DNA of 32,000 nt from assembly GCA_048886185.1 (NCBI GenBank), contig JBHLKY010000002.1, positions 1-32,000 of the forward strand, in the 5' to 3' direction. This DNA is from Candidatus Hermodarchaeota archaeon (GTDB lineage Archaea; Asgardarchaeota; Heimdallarchaeia; Hodarchaeales; Hodarchaeaceae). Each line of letters begins with the position of its first letter. Within the stretch, counting starts at the first letter, position 1. Shown here in pieces: positions 17,451 through 27,132 of the stretch. The notes below the pieces were generated by a model. It was given only the letters and a program-made list of their open reading frames with translations. It searched no databases and had not been told where the DNA came from. A program made the position numbers and the translations under genes.

Positions 17451-20400
17451 TCATTTCTTTTTAGTAAGAATCTTTCCTACTGCTACAAATGCTGCAAAGA
17501 TGCTCCCTGCAAAACCAAGTTCAAATAATTCATTGATACCTTCAGTTTCTTTAGATCCTAGAGAATCATCATTGGGTAAAGAAGTGAGAACAGCACTAGT
17601 ATCAGGAGTCTTGGTCGATACATCCAAATCATCAATTTCAACTGTAATAGAAGGAAGATATTTAAAAGTTTCTTGTTGAATATCATCATATGCCACCAGT
17701 TGAAGGCTATGCGTTCCCTCTTTTAACCAAATCTCAAAGATGAAATGTGTGCCGTTTTGAGAGACAGCTGCTAATTCTATGCCATCAACAAAGAGTATAA
17801 CGTTCTCAACACTGTAATCATCGTTGACAGCCACTTCAACTCTCCACAATTCTCCTGTAGTGTACCTCGCAATGAGAATAACTTCTTCTACTTTGAATCT
17901 GGGAGGTGTGTCAGAAGCATTAAAGAGTCCTCTAATAACCCGTTCGACTCCCTGACTATCAGAGGCAACAATGGCATAAGTCCAGATACCAGGTTGAAGA
18001 TTAGGTGATGTAAACTCCCATTCTTGGTAATCTTCCGCAATATACTCATAGAAGGAAGTTTCATTCACTTTAATCTGATTATATCCATTACTAATGGTCA
18101 ATTCTACTGATGATGTATCTATTGAGGCGTTTTGCCTTTCAATTTGAACTATTAGGGAGAAGTTTGTCCTAGTAGGATTATACTCTGCTATTATTGAGGG
18201 AGCGTACCAGTGAATATCAAACTCTTGCACAGTAGATGGATTTTTATCCCACGGATACCAAATAAAAAATATTGTTGTAGTATTTTGAGGATAGAAGGGA
18301 AGACTTGTTTCCCAACGATTCCCATAATATTCTGTTAGATTGTACGTAACATTATTGTACGAAACCTGAACTGTGTCAAGAGGGAGAGTTCCTGAATCAA
18401 TGTAAACACGCACCCCATATGAGGACGAATCAAATGATATAGAAATTGATTCAAAGACTGGAGGAGGAGGAGCCCATTCAATAATGAAATATTGAAAATC
18501 ATACTCAGTCAAAGTAGTATTTGCACTAAGCGTGAGTTGCCAAACACCAGGTGTCTCGAGCTGAAATGTTGTTCTATAATCCTGATGAATGATACTCCAT
18601 TCTAAGTTATCAAAATAAGTGCCATTAAGAAAAATTCCAATTATATCAAAATTTGGGTGATTTAGTATTTGTGTATAAACAAGGTAATTCCCTGCGTCAT
18701 CAATGATCTCCCAACCAGAATTAATAAGTAAATCAATAGGTTGGACAATAGAGAACGTAATAGATTCTGTATTACAATTACCTGCATCATCAAATGCATA
18801 TACATTAAGAGTATAGTAGCCTATTGAAAGATTGAGCAATAAAGGTTGTGTATATGTGTGATTGAATGCATGAACTTGAGAAATTGAGTATAATATCGTA
18901 CTAGCATTTGATCCAATAATTATCTCAACACCCCCAATATACCTCTGGTTATAAGGAGAATATATCTCTAAACTTGGAGTAATTGTATCAATAGTGAATA
19001 TAGCTAAAGAAGTGACATTATTTCCAACTTTATCTCCTGCTACAATTGTTAAATTATGTGTTCCTTCTTTTAAATCAGTGAGTAGTGTTTCTGTTTCAAT
19101 TTTTTCTAATTCTGACCCATCTAAGAATATTGATACTTCAGTTTCGTCCGTTATGTATGATATAAGAATATCATTAGTTGTATAAGTAGTATTGGTGGGA
19201 TTGATCAAAATTAAGGAAGGGGCTGTCGTATCTACTGTAAATGTAGACCAAACATATGAAACAACTCCATAATCATTTATACCATACACATGGCATTTAA
19301 AGCTCCCCTCTGGTAAATTTCGATAAATTGGAGCTGTCCATGATGTATTAGTTTGATCTTTTGGTTCAATACGATACCAATAATCCTTTGCATCCCCTAT
19401 TATGGACACTTCAACAATAGATCCGTATGTCTGATTTTTAGGACTTATAATCTCAATATTCGCAGGAATTGAGTTAATTAATAAAATTGATTCCTCACTA
19501 GAGGCGGAATTGTAAAAATCGGTCTCACTAACGGCAGTTCTCACTACAAGGCCATAATACCCTGGATTACTGATTGCAAACGAAAAATAATATCGACCTG
19601 CTCCATCAGTTGCATCAACCTGCAATCTAGTACCATTCACCTCTAGAGTAGCATCAATTCCCTGAATTGGACCAGACACCTCTCCAATTACTGTACCATC
19701 TAGATTGAAGGTGATATTTGTCATTACTTCCAATGGTGCGTACAGAAAAACAAACAACTCTTCATATACTTTGACCTCATGATGGAATTCATGGTAATAG
19801 ACATAAGTCTCATTACTAATAATTGTGATTTCCTTTAATCCACGATAGGGAAAAACACACTCATATTGATGAATACCAGCTTGGTTCCAGTCTTGCCAAA
19901 GCTGATCCTCTATCCAAATTTGAAATTGTTCGGATGAATTAACTGTAAAAGGATAAGGGTCATTTACGTTTCCCTTTTTATCGCCTAAAATGATTATTTC
20001 AGGAATTGCATACATAGAAGAGAAATCGTATTTTGTGCTCTTCGGGCCAATAGCTCGAATAGTAAAATCTCCTTTATAATATGGAGTAGACCAATTATAA
20101 AATCCTTGGCCTGATGAGCTAAGTTCGACAGATGTGATATGATTCCAGCTGGATTCACCATTTTTCTGCCATTGTAATTCAACAATATCTTGTAATCCTC
20201 CCTCCAAAGAGATGTTTGTCCAATGATTAGCTAAGACCTCGGTTTCTACCATAATAGATAATGATGGTCTTACTATAAAACTAACCACTGGACTGTTAAT
20301 TGAAGGATGATAATACTTTAGGATGTTGCCTAGATACGTCACTTCAACGAAGTGAACTCCAATTTGAGTAGAATCTGATATTTCATAATCATAGAAGAAA

Positions 20401-22256
20401 ATTCCTTGGTCATTGGTTTCACTTGTGCCTATAAACATGCCAATGGTATTGTCAGTTAGTATGATCTCTTCATAAATTAAAGGATGACTAAGTTCATCAC
20501 GTAACTTTCCCCAGATTCTTACTGTGTGCCCCTTGATAACTTCTGATCCATTTGTCCCCGTAGTATTGAACATTGGATTAGCAAATACTGTAAGAAAAAA
20601 TGATTCTACATGTTCATCATAATTAGAAGAATCAAAGAAACGAACTTGATAGTTTGTAACACCACGGGGGTGTGAAATTTTTATATGGTAATAAAATTCT
20701 AATCCAGGTTCACAGCTTTTTGTCTCAATAATTGAACTATTGGCCGAAAACTCTAAAGAAACACGTCCTTCATTGATTGGTGAATCTCCTGAAAGAACAG
20801 TCACTTGAATGATGGTAATAGCATTTCGGACAACTCCTCCAACCTCATAAGTCAAGTCAATTTCCGTCAAACCTTTAATAATAATAGGAAAGATTTCCAT
20901 ATTGCCTAGAATGAACTCATTGGTATCATGAGTCTGTAAGCTGAACTCATGACTTCCAACGGTTAAGTTATGAGGAATAGGATATTCAATTATAACAAAA
21001 CCATCTTGGTTTGTAGTCTTATTTATTAATGAACGGTTATTCTCTGTTACATCCATTAATTCAACTTTCGATACAACAGGGTGAGTCCAAACATCCTCTT
21101 CAGTTACATAAATTTCAAAACGAATAGTTTCATTATGTCTATATACAGTAGAATTCTCTGAATGAGCAATTCTTGCACGATCAATGATCGATACTTCTTC
21201 TATTGAATTTGCGTATTGAAGTTCTGTACTAGGGTCAATAAGTATTGTGAAAATTGATAGTACTCCTATTGGTATTGAACTATTTGGAGAAAAATACGTA
21301 ATTAAATTTCGGGAGATAAGAAAACGCTTATCAATGATAACCTCTTTTTCATCCAAATAATAGTAGGTTTTAAGCTCTAATCCTATCGGATTATCCCCTA
21401 ACACAGTGGTATTAAGTTCTAAAGTGCCTTCTTCACGTTGAAGAGCATTTTGGTCTAAAGTTTGGACTAACCAAAATCCTGTACTTAGAACGGTGACGTT
21501 TTGAAGAGAGGATGTACAAAATTTTGTCTGTGATTGTGAACTCCCAGTATACTGAGCAAGAAATGAATTAATACCGACAGATGTGAAGACAGGTATTTTG
21601 TAATCAAAAGAAAATGTCAGTACAGCCGATGGAATGAGTGGTAAGGGACCATAAGTATAAATTGTTGGAGTTCCATTGAGATCTTTGTTTTTAACATAAA
21701 TATACCCCCCTTTGAAGTAGGGTTGTACAGAGTTAAGAATTTCAAGTTTGACTGTAAATCTAATTGAAGAATTCTTATAAACAACGGTAGAATTACTAGA
21801 GAGATCAATAGCGGTAGTTATAGTGCTTCCTGAACTGAAATCATCGAAATTTATTAGACAAATCCCTGAAGAGGGAGAATAATCGAGAAAACCCTGGAAT
21901 TCAGCTTCAAAGATATGGATCCCTTCAATAAAAGGATCCGTTACTGTCCAATTAATCGTTGCTTTCCCCGCTAGAATTGTACTATCGATAGATTCACTCG
22001 TATTAGTATCTGTAATTTGAATGGGACCAGTTGGCACAGGATTAAATCCTGTAAACACCCATATTGAAAATTGAATAGTATTATCAGGCCCAATGGCCCC
22101 AACATCAGAAAGAATTGTTGTCGATGTTTCCATTGGTGCTGCTATGCCATTAGGAACCGCAATCAAAACTAAAACGAAATAAATGTTAGTTAAAAACCAT
22201 AGTCCTACAATTTTGTCACTTCTAATTCTTGACTCTAAGTTCATAGTAGTAACCAC
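17451..22256 (-). CDS. Giant multi-Ig-like-domain cell-surface protein
   Basis: 1601 aa (ATG 22244 with GGTGGT SD is a likely start); signal peptide; many beta-sandwich modules, repeated I.I.SP.N.TY / DT..P motifs, many N-x-S/T sequons; C-terminal TM plus KKK. Confidence 0.9.
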   Translation of the reverse strand: MVTTMNLESRIRSDKIVGLWFLTNIYFVLVLIAVPNGIAAPMETSTTILSDVGAIGPDNTIQFSIWVFTGFNPVPTGPIQITDTNTSESIDSTILAGKATINWTVTDPFIEGIHIFEAEFQGFLDYSPSSGICLINFDDFSSGSTITTAIDLSSNSTVVYKNSSIRFTVKLEILNSVQPYFKGGYIYVKNKDLNGTPTIYTYGPLPLIPSAVLTFSFDYKIPVFTSVGINSFLAQYTGSSQSQTKFCTSSLQNVTVLSTGFWLVQTLDQNALQREEGTLELNTTVLGDNPIGLELKTYYYLDEKEVIIDKRFLISRNLITYFSPNSSIPIGVLSIFTILIDPSTELQYANSIEEVSIIDRARIAHSENSTVYRHNETIRFEIYVTEEDVWTHPVVSKVELMDVTENNRSLINKTTNQDGFVIIEYPIPHNLTVGSHEFSLQTHDTNEFILGNMEIFPIIIKGLTEIDLTYEVGGVVRNAITIIQVTVLSGDSPINEGRVSLEFSANSSIIETKSCEPGLEFYYHIKISHPRGVTNYQVRFFDSSNYDEHVESFFLTVFANPMFNTTGTNGSEVIKGHTVRIWGKLRDELSHPLIYEEIILTDNTIGMFIGTSETNDQGIFFYDYEISDSTQIGVHFVEVTYLGNILKYYHPSINSPVVSFIVRPSLSIMVETEVLANHWTNISLEGGLQDIVELQWQKNGESSWNHITSVELSSSGQGFYNWSTPYYKGDFTIRAIGPKSTKYDFSSMYAIPEIIILGDKKGNVNDPYPFTVNSSEQFQIWIEDQLWQDWNQAGIHQYECVFPYRGLKEITIISNETYVYYHEFHHEVKVYEELFVFLYAPLEVMTNITFNLDGTVIGEVSGPIQGIDATLEVNGTRLQVDATDGAGRYYFSFAISNPGYYGLVVRTAVSETDFYNSASSEESILLINSIPANIEIISPKNQTYGSIVEVSIIGDAKDYWYRIEPKDQTNTSWTAPIYRNLPEGSFKCHVYGINDYGVVSYVWSTFTVDTTAPSLILINPTNTTYTTNDILISYITDETEVSIFLDGSELEKIETETLLTDLKEGTHNLTIVAGDKVGNNVTSLAIFTIDTITPSLEIYSPYNQRYIGGVEIIIGSNASTILYSISQVHAFNHTYTQPLLLNLSIGYYTLNVYAFDDAGNCNTESITFSIVQPIDLLINSGWEIIDDAGNYLVYTQILNHPNFDIIGIFLNGTYFDNLEWSIIHQDYRTTFQLETPGVWQLTLSANTTLTEYDFQYFIIEWAPPPPVFESISISFDSSSYGVRVYIDSGTLPLDTVQVSYNNVTYNLTEYYGNRWETSLPFYPQNTTTIFFIWYPWDKNPSTVQEFDIHWYAPSIIAEYNPTRTNFSLIVQIERQNASIDTSSVELTISNGYNQIKVNETSFYEYIAEDYQEWEFTSPNLQPGIWTYAIVASDSQGVERVIRGLFNASDTPPRFKVEEVILIARYTTGELWRVEVAVNDDYSVENVILFVDGIELAAVSQNGTHFIFEIWLKEGTHSLQLVAYDDIQQETFKYLPSITVEIDDLDVSTKTPDTSAVLTSLPNDDSLGSKETEGINELFELGFAGSIFAAFVAVGKILTKKK

Positions 22257-22329
22257 CCTCTATTCCTAATGAACCTTAAATACTAGAAATTAACATTGGG
22301 CTGATTCTGAATATAAAAGTCAGAGAAGG

Positions 22330-22344
22330 AATCTACAGTAGATT
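22330..22344. promoter_or_regulatory. Palindrome AATCTAC-A-GTAGATT, candidate operator
   Basis: Perfect 7-bp arms with a 1-nt spacer inside the 136-bp divergent intergenic region. Confidence 0.4.
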
Positions 22345-22364
22345 ATTAATTTAAAATCATGTGG

Positions 22365-22372
22365 TATAAAAA
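22365..22372 (+). promoter_or_regulatory. Putative TATA box of radA
   Basis: TATAAAAA ending 20 nt before ATG 22393; spacing fits a leaderless or short-leader archaeal promoter. Confidence 0.45.
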
Positions 22373-22392
22373 AGAGAATAAAGTGAATAACA

Positions 22393-23415
22393 ATGGCAAA
22401 AGTCGAAACAAAAGAAAAAGAAATGCTACCTGAACCAACTAAAGAAGAAAAGCAGAAGAAATTAAAAAAGAAAGCTGAAGATTCCGAAAAGGCTTTTTTA
22501 GAGACAATTTCAGGGATTGGTCCAACGACACGGTCCCGCTTGGAGGAAGCTGGCTTTGGAAGTAAAGAAGCCATTGCTTTGGCCACACGGTCGCAATTAA
22601 CAGAAATTTCAGGGATTGCAGAAAAAACTGCCTCACTTCTGATTAGAGAAGCCCGTGCACGATTTGATTTAGGATTAAAAAAGGGGACTGATTTTGAGGC
22701 GGCTGCTAAAACCCGAGTCAGATTAACAACTGGTTCTAAGGTTTTCAATGAACTGCTTGGAGGGGGATTTGAAACAGGAAGTATCACAGAAATCGCAGGT
22801 GAAAATGGATGTGGGAAAACTCAGATTGTACACCAATTAGCAGTTAATTGTGTTAAGTATCTTGATCAAGATGTAATATGGATTGATACAGAGGGAACTT
22901 TTCGATTTAATCGGATTGTACAGATGTCAGAGGCTTTAGGAATTGATCCAGACAATGTTCTCGCTCGTATTACTGTTGGGAGGGCCTATAATAGCGAACA
23001 TCAAATGGCATTGACAGAAGAAGCCTTAACTATGGTTCCCAATGTTGGCTTGATCATAATAGACTCCCTCATGTCACATTTCCGTAGCGAATTTGCAGGT
23101 CGTGGGACACTGGCTGAACGTCAACAACTTATAGGAAAACATTTAGCATTTATTTCAAAACAGGCAGAGATGCTTAATTGTGTTGGTATTGTAACGAATC
23201 AAGTTTCAGCAAAACCTGATGCTATATTCTTTGGGGATCCAAACAGACCAGTTGGAGGTAATGTTGTAGGTCATTCAGTTACCTCACGATTGATGATTAG
23301 AAAAGGAAAAGCGATTAAACGAACTGCCACTTTAACAAAAAGCCCCGAACTGCCTGATGGGAAAATTGAGTTTGCTATCACTACTGAAGGTGTTCGCGAT
23401 TACTCATCTAATTAA
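22393..23415 (+). CDS. radA: DNA repair and recombination protein RadA
   Basis: HhH (ISGIGP), LTTGSKVFNELLGGGFETGSITEIAGENGCGKTQ, WIDTEGTFR, LIIIDSLMSHFRSEFAGRGTLAERQQ, TNQVSAKPD...GGNVVGH. Confidence 0.95.
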   Translation: MAKVETKEKEMLPEPTKEEKQKKLKKKAEDSEKAFLETISGIGPTTRSRLEEAGFGSKEAIALATRSQLTEISGIAEKTASLLIREARARFDLGLKKGTDFEAAAKTRVRLTTGSKVFNELLGGGFETGSITEIAGENGCGKTQIVHQLAVNCVKYLDQDVIWIDTEGTFRFNRIVQMSEALGIDPDNVLARITVGRAYNSEHQMALTEEALTMVPNVGLIIIDSLMSHFRSEFAGRGTLAERQQLIGKHLAFISKQAEMLNCVGIVTNQVSAKPDAIFFGDPNRPVGGNVVGHSVTSRLMIRKGKAIKRTATLTKSPELPDGKIEFAITTEGVRDYSSN

Positions 23416-23437
23416 GCCTGATAGTTCCCTCCTGTCA

Positions 23438-25249
23438 TCAATCTTCTCTTATTAGTGATTCAAACTCATCTGTAAGTTTGGAATATTGTTGTAGTCCGCT
23501 TTTCCAGAAGGAGGAACCAATCTTTTTAAACCCAAGATATGAAGCAATTTCCTGAGGAGACATACTTCCTCCTGCTTCTAATACGGTTTTAAACTTTGGC
23601 ATAAATTGTACTTTATTTCTCTTATACTCTTGAAAACAATTATACACGAAGATCAAAGCAAAAATATATGGATAATTATAGAACTTTAAATCAGGAATAT
23701 AATAATGGGGTGTTGTTGCCCATTCCCATTTCATTTTTTCTGGGAACATCATAGCATCTCCATAAACTTTTTGTCGTGCAGCTACATAATATTGATTTAT
23801 AGTATCACCATCTAAAAATACGTTTCTTTCAATAGCCTCATAGACACTCTTCTCAAACCAGAAACGTAAACTCCCCCAAAACATTGAAAAACCGTTAAAG
23901 TCCAAGATTTCAGTTAATACTTGGATCTTTTCGTCTTTAGTCTTGAAATAACCCAGTAAATAATCAGTAAGAATTAGTTCGCCAAATTTTGAGGCGATCT
24001 CTGCAACAATTGGGCCTGAACTGACATTTAATGGTTTCTGCTTTCTTAAAATGAGATAACTATGTACAGCATGCCCAAGTTCATGCGCTAAGGTGTAAAT
24101 ATCGTTTAAATGACCATTATAGGAAAGTAAAACAAATGAAGACTTATCTCTTAACCAGTAATTACAAAATGCTCCATTAGTTTTTCCCTGCCTAGGAGAG
24201 GCATCAATTCGTTGAGAATCAAACATTTTTTGAACTAGATTTCCTAATTCCTGATCACATGAATTAAAAGTATTTAAAATAATTTCTTTAGTCTGGCTCC
24301 ATGAATATTTTTTCGGAGATTGTATTCGTGGAGGAGCAAATCTATCAGATCCACTTAAAACTGGAACTTTTAATTGTTGGGCCTTAAGTTTTAAGTATCT
24401 CTGATAAAGGCTGACATTTTGTTCCATAATTAGCATTAAATCTTCAATAGACTGACGATCAATGTTTCCAATTATTAAGCTGTGGTGGATAGGATCTTGA
24501 TATTTACGTCGTTTAGATATTAAAACCCAATCATTACATATACTTCGAAACACAGTTGAATAAATCTCTTGATCACACTCCACTTTACTGTAAAGAGACT
24601 TAATTGCTGCTTCACGCACTTGTGAATTTGAATCATGAAACAATCCCATTATTTTCCCATATGAATATTGTCGAATTTGATCATCAATGGTGATGGAGTA
24701 TTCTTGGCTATTGAGCCACTTATTACGCAATTCTACCAATTCAGAAATACCAAATCTATCTTTCTCAATGATCAACTCTTCTGTATTCATATTGAGTTGA
24801 TGTCGAAATTTCTCTAATTCTTTTTCGAGATAGGGTTTATACTCGTGTAAAATTGGATCTCTGAGTAATTCAGAATTTGACATAAGAATTTGATTTATTT
24901 TGAGCTTAAATTTTATCGAGAGTCGTTTGATTTTATTTTTAATATTAAGTGCAAAATTCATTGCTATTTGATTTAACTTAAGACTAGTGTTGGCTGCAAA
25001 TGACAAGCCCCCATAAATAATGAGATCATGTGTATCAATAAGTAATTCTTCAAAATCTTCCAACAGCTGTTTAATTTCATTTGCTTTCAGGGAATCTTTA
25101 TCCAAGAATGGATCGTATTTTATAGAAAGGAGGTCAATAGATTCTTCATTATTTTTTGCAAGAGACTTTAACTTCTCTTCAGTTGCATTTGGAATTACTT
25201 GTCCAAGGTTCCACTTAATTTCTTCTGAATTTTGACTCATATTCGTCAC
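23438..25249 (-). CDS. pepF: Oligoendopeptidase F (M3B zinc peptidase)
   Basis: RIDASPRQGKTNGAFC, TLAHELGHAVH (HExxH), AEIASKFGE, HYYIPDLKFYNYPYIFA. Confidence 0.95.
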   Translation of the reverse strand: MTNMSQNSEEIKWNLGQVIPNATEEKLKSLAKNNEESIDLLSIKYDPFLDKDSLKANEIKQLLEDFEELLIDTHDLIIYGGLSFAANTSLKLNQIAMNFALNIKNKIKRLSIKFKLKINQILMSNSELLRDPILHEYKPYLEKELEKFRHQLNMNTEELIIEKDRFGISELVELRNKWLNSQEYSITIDDQIRQYSYGKIMGLFHDSNSQVREAAIKSLYSKVECDQEIYSTVFRSICNDWVLISKRRKYQDPIHHSLIIGNIDRQSIEDLMLIMEQNVSLYQRYLKLKAQQLKVPVLSGSDRFAPPRIQSPKKYSWSQTKEIILNTFNSCDQELGNLVQKMFDSQRIDASPRQGKTNGAFCNYWLRDKSSFVLLSYNGHLNDIYTLAHELGHAVHSYLILRKQKPLNVSSGPIVAEIASKFGELILTDYLLGYFKTKDEKIQVLTEILDFNGFSMFWGSLRFWFEKSVYEAIERNVFLDGDTINQYYVAARQKVYGDAMMFPEKMKWEWATTPHYYIPDLKFYNYPYIFALIFVYNCFQEYKRNKVQFMPKFKTVLEAGGSMSPQEIASYLGFKKIGSSFWKSGLQQYSKLTDEFESLIRED

Positions 25250-25386
25250 ATACTTCGCATGAATACAAAATGGTCCTAAATATTTCAGCTAATTATAAGT
25301 ATAAAAAGCAGGGAGGGAATCTATATTGAGAATATAAGTTCGAAGTAACTATTCTCAAGAATAAAAAGCAAATAAAAGATGTAAAA

Positions 25387-27129
25387 ATGATTGGTACCAA
25401 TCTTCCAGCTTCATTACAACTCTTTCCTCACCCCGAACTACGAGCATATCAAACAAAATTTCTCCGATTTGTAGAGAAAAATCCTAAAGCAATGATCCAT
25501 GCTCCAGTGGGATTTGGAAAAACCATAATGGCTTTAATCCATGCTCTTCCTCTAGTACGATCAAAAAACTATCAACTCTTTATTTTTGTAAGAACGAAAA
25601 CCCAGGTCTTTCGTGTTTTCCTTAATGAAATATATAAAATCGCTAATAGCAGAAAATACGGATACTTAACTGCTGTTCCTCTCATCCTAAAATCAGATCT
25701 TTGTTTGAAAATAAATGAAATTCCCCAATTCTATCACGAAATTTGCGGACAAATTCGATGTCCTTTTCTAGAACAAACAAAGTCGATCCCGGAAGAAGAT
25801 TTCTTAGCGATTGTAGAACAAATACCTATCACGGCTCACGAAGGTTCTATCTCGGTCGAAACATATAAAGAGGCATTTAGAGAATTTGGCTGCCCATATC
25901 ATGTAATTAAACGTTGTATTCCATTTACAAATATTATTGTCACAACTCATACATACTTGAGGAGTAAAAATCTTCAAGAGATGTTCTCAAAGCTGATTTC
26001 ACGGAGTTCATTCACAAGGAAAATGGCCATAATTGATGAAGGGCATAATTTTACTGCTGATATAGAATCAGAAATTACTATAACTGATTTGAATAAAGCA
26101 CGAACTATTATCCCTTTAAAAGTCATTGATGGCCTTCAGGAGCTGATTTTATCTCAGAATGGAAGAGTGGAAAGACCTAAAAACATGTCATCTGCATCAT
26201 TGGATGCGTTCTTAGATCATGAATATAAAATATCACTAGCAGACAAAAATCATCTGTTAAAGGTCAAAGATTTTCTTGATTCCCGAGGGGACATATGGGT
26301 TTCGGAAGAAAACAAGCTCATTCAGTTAAATCCATATCCACATCATGCTTTTGATTTTGTGAATTCTCACTTTGATGATGTAGTCATAATGTCAGGTACT
26401 TTCACTCCCCTCTCATTGTACAAGACCCTTTACAATTTAGATTTTGCCACGCTTCAGATTCCTTCAGATTTTCAGTTTAGCCTAAATGGGATCCTCTATC
26501 ATCGTCAATTTACTTCAAAATTTACTGAACGAAATGCAAAGACGTATGAAGCAATGGCTGCAGTCATACAACGATTACATTCAAGTAATCCATTTCATAC
26601 AATTGTCTATGCCACATCACATGAAATGAAACAGAAGATTCAGGCACATATTTCCTTACAAAAAATTTATAGTGAAAGTCCTAGGGTTACTCCATTTTTC
26701 ATTGATGAATTAAGAAAGAAGAATCATGAATGTATCTTTGGCGTGATAGCTGGGAAGCTGTCCGAAGGTATCGAGATTCTAGATTCCAATACAAATCAAA
26801 GCTTGTTATCACTAATAATCATTGCGGGCCTGCCGTTTCCTCGCCCTGATGCTACCAATCAGCTGTTACAATCTCTTTATAGACAAAAATGGGGTTGGAG
26901 AATATCAAAACTATTCTCAATGTTACCAGTCACCCGAAGTATTTCTCAAGCTATTGGTAGAGGTATAAGATCTGAATCAGATTTTGCAGCTAGCCTCATC
27001 CTAGATTACCGTGCAGTGAAGATGCGAGTAATGTTACCCCCGACGCATATTTTTCGTAATCTCCAGACATTATATAATGCATATGATATCTTTTTTGCCA
27101 AAATGAAAAAGTTATTCGATTTGCACTGA
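25387..27129 (+). CDS. Rad3/XPD/DinG-family Fe-S DNA helicase
   Basis: ELRAYQ (Q motif), APVGFGKT, four Cys (DLC, EIC, IRC, GCPY), IIDEGHN, IMSGT, LSEGIE, AGLPFP, SQAIGRGIRSESD. Confidence 0.9.
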   Translation: MIGTNLPASLQLFPHPELRAYQTKFLRFVEKNPKAMIHAPVGFGKTIMALIHALPLVRSKNYQLFIFVRTKTQVFRVFLNEIYKIANSRKYGYLTAVPLILKSDLCLKINEIPQFYHEICGQIRCPFLEQTKSIPEEDFLAIVEQIPITAHEGSISVETYKEAFREFGCPYHVIKRCIPFTNIIVTTHTYLRSKNLQEMFSKLISRSSFTRKMAIIDEGHNFTADIESEITITDLNKARTIIPLKVIDGLQELILSQNGRVERPKNMSSASLDAFLDHEYKISLADKNHLLKVKDFLDSRGDIWVSEENKLIQLNPYPHHAFDFVNSHFDDVVIMSGTFTPLSLYKTLYNLDFATLQIPSDFQFSLNGILYHRQFTSKFTERNAKTYEAMAAVIQRLHSSNPFHTIVYATSHEMKQKIQAHISLQKIYSESPRVTPFFIDELRKKNHECIFGVIAGKLSEGIEILDSNTNQSLLSLIIIAGLPFPRPDATNQLLQSLYRQKWGWRISKLFSMLPVTRSISQAIGRGIRSESDFAASLILDYRAVKMRVMLPPTHIFRNLQTLYNAYDIFFAKMKKLFDLH

Positions 27130-27132
27130 AAA

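Noticed and set aside
6192-21808. Other nested short ORFs (6192, 6937, 7335, 7676, 8915, 11420, 15214, 15762, 16176, 18994, 19994, 21617)
   Set aside because: They overlap motif-supported genes on the opposite strand or another frame and have no independent evidence.
22320-22787. 155-aa minus-strand ORF and 22439-22636
   Set aside because: Antisense shadows of radA; no recognisable motifs.
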